DNA from: Obrimoposthia wandeli
Lineage: Eukaryota
Reading direction: 5' to 3'
Length of the DNA: 64,000 nt
Assembly: GCA_977020255.1 (NCBI GenBank)
Contig: CDROCS010000253.1
Coordinates: 4,340,001 to 4,404,000, forward strand
Positions 60,238 through 64,000 of the stretch are shown here, piece after piece; position 1 is the stretch's first letter, and every line of letters starts with the position of its first letter. The position numbers were made by a program, and so were the translations under genes. The notes under the pieces are model-generated. The model was not told the origin of the DNA and did no database searches. It was given only the letters and a program-made list of their open reading frames with translations.

Positions 60238-62385
60238 TTAACGTGCTGAAATACTCTCTTCATTCAAACTTGCCTGAAAAGTATCTTGCAAGGCAATCAC
60301 CACAGCATCTTCTTTTAATAAAATTTTAGCGTACTCAAGGCGTTTGTCATTAATTTGCACCTGAATTTGGTATGGGTCGGCAACAGTTTCTTCAACAATT
60401 TCGAGTGTGACAGTGATTTGTCTAGCTAAGAACTCACAAATAGAGCTCTGTAAATGTTGATGAGCGATTTCAGTACTTAAATGTCTAGTCGCCTGATCTA
60501 ACTTAAGAATCAAATTATCATCAGTAGAGTCTTCACTGATCGTTGCATGAATTGCTAATTGCCGAATACGCGCGGTAAGCTGCATTGAATCAATCATGTG
60601 CGCCCATTTATCAACTTGATTCGCTTTTGTTATTTTAGCAGGGTCGATGTGATCTTGATGAAACGCTTCTTCAGGCTCAGCTGCTATAACCAAACCATCA
60701 GTTGCTGCCACGTGTGTTTCAACTGTTGCGTTAGCACTGTCTTTAGTTCTGCCTTGACTACTGTCTGCCCTATTAGGTTGACGCAGAGCTGCGTCACCGG
60801 ACTTTTTTGTTTGCTTCTCCAACTCTTTCTTTCGACTACGTAACATATTTCGAGTTGCTAACACCGAGCCTACCGGACTATTGATACTAAGTTGCCCTGC
60901 TTGCTCATTAGAGACAAGTGGTGGTTTTTTTTGTTGTTCTTTATGGCTTGCTACCGATGGCGCTAACTCTGAATGCATTACGTTTTGAGGAGATTTTTGC
61001 TGTGGTGGCGCTTGGTTTAACTGACTGTTCTGACTTTGCTTAAGTTCAGCCGCTTGTTGCTCAATGGCAAGCATTTGCTCATTTAAGTCAGCTTGTTGAA
61101 TATTATCCTTGGCAACAGAAGAGTCAGTAAGATCAGCTTTAGCTAGATTATCTACAACGGGTTCCACAACGGTAATTGTGGCTGTATCTGCATCATTTGA
61201 AAATATTTCAGTAGCTTTTGATAAGTTAATTTCATCAAAGCTGATTGTGGTGACTTGCCCAACATTATCTGTAGTAGATTCGTTGGTAAGTTGTGACTTT
61301 TGCATTGGCTTAAAAGCAAGTAGTCGCAATAACGTCATATCAAAAGCAGCTTGTTCATCAAAAGCGTACGGTAAATCTTTTCGGCCATTGAGACTTATTT
61401 GGTAATAAAGCTGGACGTCTTCAGCAGACATGGCTTGACTAAATTTTTTCAGTAAAACTAATAAGTCTGCAGGTAAGTCAAAATGCTGATTAACTATTTG
61501 CATCAAAGCAATCTGATGAAATAGTTGAATTAATTCGGCAAATAAACGGCTATAACTTGGCGCATAAGAGGCTATTTCTTGAGATAAAGCCATCAATGCT
61601 TGGCTATCTTGCTTTAGTAAGGCGATTAAAAGCTGATAAACCCAGTTTTGATCTATTCCACCGAGCATCTGCTGAATATTCGTTAAACTAATATTTCCTT
61701 GCCCTTGGGCAATAGCTTGATCGGTTAAACTAAGAGAATCTCTCATACTCCCACGAGCTGCTTTAGCTAACAAAGTCAGGCAACCTTGCTCATGGCTTAC
61801 TTGTTCTTGAGATAATATTTCAGCAAGTTTATCTTCAATTTGTTTTACGGTTAACGCTTTTAAATGAAATTGTAGACAACGTGATAAGACAGTAATAGGT
61901 AGCTTTTGAGGATCTGTAGTCGCTAAAATAAATTTAACATGCTCAGGTGGCTCTTCTAGCGTTTTTAGTAAGGCATTAAAGCTATGACGAGATAACATAT
62001 GTACCTCATCGATAAGATAGACTTTAAAGCGACCTCTGCTTGGTGCATATTGAACGTTATCTAGAATTTCACGCGTATCATCAACTTTCGTTTTAGAAGC
62101 AGCATCTATTTCCAAGAGATCAACAAAACGACCTTGGTCAATATCAATACAGGCGTCACATTCTCCGCAGGGTTTATCTGTAATACCACGTTCACAGTTT
62201 AGGCTCTTAGCAAAAATTCGTGCAATAGTAGTTTTACCAACACCTCGAGTTCCCGTAAAAAGGTAAGCATGGTGTAAACGCTTTTGAGATAAAGCATTTG
62301 CAAGTACATTAACGACATGCTCTTGCCCCATCAATTGTTGAAAGTTCTTTGGGCGCCATTTTCTTGCTAAAACTTGATAACTCAT
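60238..62385 (-). CDS. dnaX: DNA polymerase III subunits tau/gamma
   Basis: YQVLARKWRP, GTRGVGKTT, DEVHML, LSRC, long low-complexity linker, C-terminal tau domain. Confidence 0.97.
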   Translation of the reverse strand: MSYQVLARKWRPKNFQQLMGQEHVVNVLANALSQKRLHHAYLFTGTRGVGKTTIARIFAKSLNCERGITDKPCGECDACIDIDQGRFVDLLEIDAASKTKVDDTREILDNVQYAPSRGRFKVYLIDEVHMLSRHSFNALLKTLEEPPEHVKFILATTDPQKLPITVLSRCLQFHLKALTVKQIEDKLAEILSQEQVSHEQGCLTLLAKAARGSMRDSLSLTDQAIAQGQGNISLTNIQQMLGGIDQNWVYQLLIALLKQDSQALMALSQEIASYAPSYSRLFAELIQLFHQIALMQIVNQHFDLPADLLVLLKKFSQAMSAEDVQLYYQISLNGRKDLPYAFDEQAAFDMTLLRLLAFKPMQKSQLTNESTTDNVGQVTTISFDEINLSKATEIFSNDADTATITVVEPVVDNLAKADLTDSSVAKDNIQQADLNEQMLAIEQQAAELKQSQNSQLNQAPPQQKSPQNVMHSELAPSVASHKEQQKKPPLVSNEQAGQLSINSPVGSVLATRNMLRSRKKELEKQTKKSGDAALRQPNRADSSQGRTKDSANATVETHVAATDGLVIAAEPEEAFHQDHIDPAKITKANQVDKWAHMIDSMQLTARIRQLAIHATISEDSTDDNLILKLDQATRHLSTEIAHQHLQSSICEFLARQITVTLEIVEETVADPYQIQVQINDKRLEYAKILLKEDAVVIALQDTFQASLNEESISAR
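60779..60808 (-). other. Predicted -1 programmed frameshift cassette in dnaX
   Basis: In-frame A_AAA_AAG (60808-60802), 5-nt spacer, TGACGCAG-CT-CTGCGTCA hairpin, -1 frame TGA after two codons. Confidence 0.75.
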
Positions 62386-62414
62386 ATTAAATTACTTTTA
62401 GATTTTTGGATAAA

Positions 62415-62960
62415 CTATTCGCCTTGATATTGTATCAAAGAATAAGGGGTAATATTTATCTCCGCTAGACGTTTTTCTCCACCTAAATCAGGTAAGGAGA
62501 TAACGAAGCCAGCTTCTTGAACTTGCGCACCTAAACGGCGAATTAATTTAGTTGTCGCTTCAATTGTGCCACCCGTTGCTAATAAATCATCAATGATCAA
62601 AACATTATCTGCAGGGGTTAATGCATCTTGATGAATTTCTAAAACGTCTTCACCATACTCTAACTGATAAGCTTGAGAGTAGGTAGCACGAGGTAGTTTC
62701 CCTGGTTTTCTTACCGGAATAAAACCGATATTCAAGGCTAGTGCTAAAGGCGCACCAAAAAGGAAACCACGTGCTTCGGTACCAACGACTTTAGTAAAAC
62801 CTTTGTCTTTATATTTATTTTCTAACAATTCAATTACAAGTTTAAAAGCATCTGCATCTTCTAATAAGCTAGTAACATCACGAAACATGATGCCTTCAAC
62901 TGGGTAATTTGGAATGGTATGGATCGCATTGATAAGCTGTTGTTGCTGTTTTTTATTCAT
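62415..62960 (-). CDS. apt: Adenine phosphoribosyltransferase
   Basis: [35 protein letters not shown]. Confidence 0.97.
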   Translation of the reverse strand: MNKKQQQQLINAIHTIPNYPVEGIMFRDVTSLLEDADAFKLVIELLENKYKDKGFTKVVGTEARGFLFGAPLALALNIGFIPVRKPGKLPRATYSQAYQLEYGEDVLEIHQDALTPADNVLIIDDLLATGGTIEATTKLIRRLGAQVQEAGFVISLPDLGGEKRLAEINITPYSLIQYQGE

Positions 62961-63077
62961 AATAACGAGTTAAAACCATTGAATACTGGTTTCTAAAAGT
63001 AAGTTAATAGATAGATGTGCTGAGCATAAAACAATTTACCCACTTTTTATACCGATAATACGGTTAGTTAAGCAATA

Positions 63078-63473
63078 TTATGTATTAGCTTGTAATGTAT
63101 CACTCTCAAAGTGAGTACCTGCTAATTCAGATAAAATAGTTAGGAAATGAGCTTCATTAATTGGCTTATCAATTACCTTATCAAAAAGACTAAACTCAGC
63201 TAGGCTTTTAAGTGTGTGGGTTCCTTGTGTGGTCATGAGAATGACAGGAACTAACGAGGATAATTGGTTAGCCTTAAGATTTTTAGTAAGCTGTACACCA
63301 TTCATCAATGGCATTAAATGATCAATGACAAAGAGTTGATAATTTCCTTGTTGTGCTTTCCCTAATGCGTCCAAACCGTTAATGGCTAAGTCGACATTGT
63401 GTCCTTGTGAAATAATAAGTGCTGCAAGCTTTTCTTGGACAGTTTTATTATCATCAACAACTAATATATTCAT
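63078..63473 (-). CDS. Single-domain response regulator (CheY-like)
   Basis: ILVVDD, phospho-acceptor D in IDHLMPLMNG, MTT, KP. Confidence 0.88.
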   Translation of the reverse strand: MNILVVDDNKTVQEKLAALIISQGHNVDLAINGLDALGKAQQGNYQLFVIDHLMPLMNGVQLTKNLKANQLSSLVPVILMTTQGTHTLKSLAEFSLFDKVIDKPINEAHFLTILSELAGTHFESDTLQANT

Positions 63474-63626
63474 ATACTATTTTTTAATTTTCAAAGCTAA
63501 TTTGACGCGAATATTACCCTATAATTATTTGAGTATATAGGGTTATATTCGATATATTACGTAACAAAATGATCGTAATGTAACGTCAACTTAGCACTAA
63601 CGTACCGTTTACATGCCAACTAGAAC

Positions 63627-64000
63627 TTACTTTGACAGCTTAAGTTTTTGACGTTTGGAGTTAGCTGTGCTGTTGGGATTTACATAGACATTACTTGCAT
63701 TAGGTCTTGCTCCTTCAACCCATGGCGATGTAGGTGCCACTTTACTGGCTTTTTTCTTAGCGTAATCCTTTTTATCATTACTAGGTTTTGAATTACCGGC
63801 AGCAACTTCCGGGTTAGTGGTAGTGGGACTAACTATTTTACCCGTTCTTTCAACATGATAATTTTTATCAATAGCGTGCAATAAGTTTCGTAACACTTGA
63901 TCTTTGCATTCACGATAGTGCTGATGATCAACTTTACGTGAAAATGCACTCAATTCAGGCTTACTGATTCTAAAGTCCACTTCTTCTAATAATGAAATTA
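63627..64000 (-). CDS. C-terminal part of a DUF1456 (YehS-like) protein, truncated by the window edge
   Basis: The frame stays open to the window end; F.ISK.ELSAF.RK.DH.HYRECKDQVLRN.L motif. Confidence 0.75.
   Translation of the reverse strand, partial: ISLLEEVDFRISKPELSAFSRKVDHQHYRECKDQVLRNLLHAIDKNYHVERTGKIVSPTTTNPEVAAGNSKPSNDKKDYAKKKASKVAPTSPWVEGARPNASNVYVNPNSTANSKRQKLKLSK

Noticed and set aside
60925-60932. A8 run in dnaX as an alternative slippage site
   Set aside because: No downstream stem or upstream SD seen; the site at 60802-60808 has all three elements
888-61405. The many 60-130 aa ORFs in the track that overlap long genes (e.g. 888-1097, 3997-4251, 28705-28998, 31523-31921, 42031-42264, 59714-59950, 61109-61405)
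   Set aside because: Antisense or out-of-frame shadows of well-supported genes, with no motifs or RBS
63574-63590. Possible LiuR-like site (CGTAATGTAACGTCAAC) upstream of the single-domain response regulator
   Set aside because: Only one half-site matches; no supporting gene context

Overview
AT-rich marine gammaproteobacterial chromosome segment. Gene content and order suggest Alteromonadales, Colwellia-like; this is inference. It is mostly housekeeping. The window holds ppiC, a phosphate locus (Pit, DUF47, phoU, pstBAC without pstS, with a PHO-box promoter) and a three-gene polysaccharide unit (SLBB exporter, wbpO, wbpP). It also holds a POT transporter, ygfA, a YqcC-TruC fusion, a cobamide-completion operon (cobTSU-cobC-cobQ) followed by a DGC-domain gene, and pilTU with yggS-proC-yggT-rdgB-hemW-tadA. 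The right half carries mltF, purL, a plant-type dapA, cinA, ETF genes, yciH and apt-dnaX-ybaB-recR. No CRISPR array, rRNA, tRNA, transposase or prophage was seen. The strongest novel candidate lies between tadA and mltF: a REC-HPt protein, a membrane Ser/Thr kinase and a PP2C phosphatase, converging on an uncalled 46-aa basic ORF (40248-40388, minus strand). That ORF sits behind a consensus PHO box with a correctly spaced -10 element. Other notable items are an E. coli-style -1 frameshift cassette in dnaX, an ERIC-like MITE, a GTAG REP doublet and a 7-bp tandem repeat upstream of phoU. No database searches were run; family calls come from recalled motifs.
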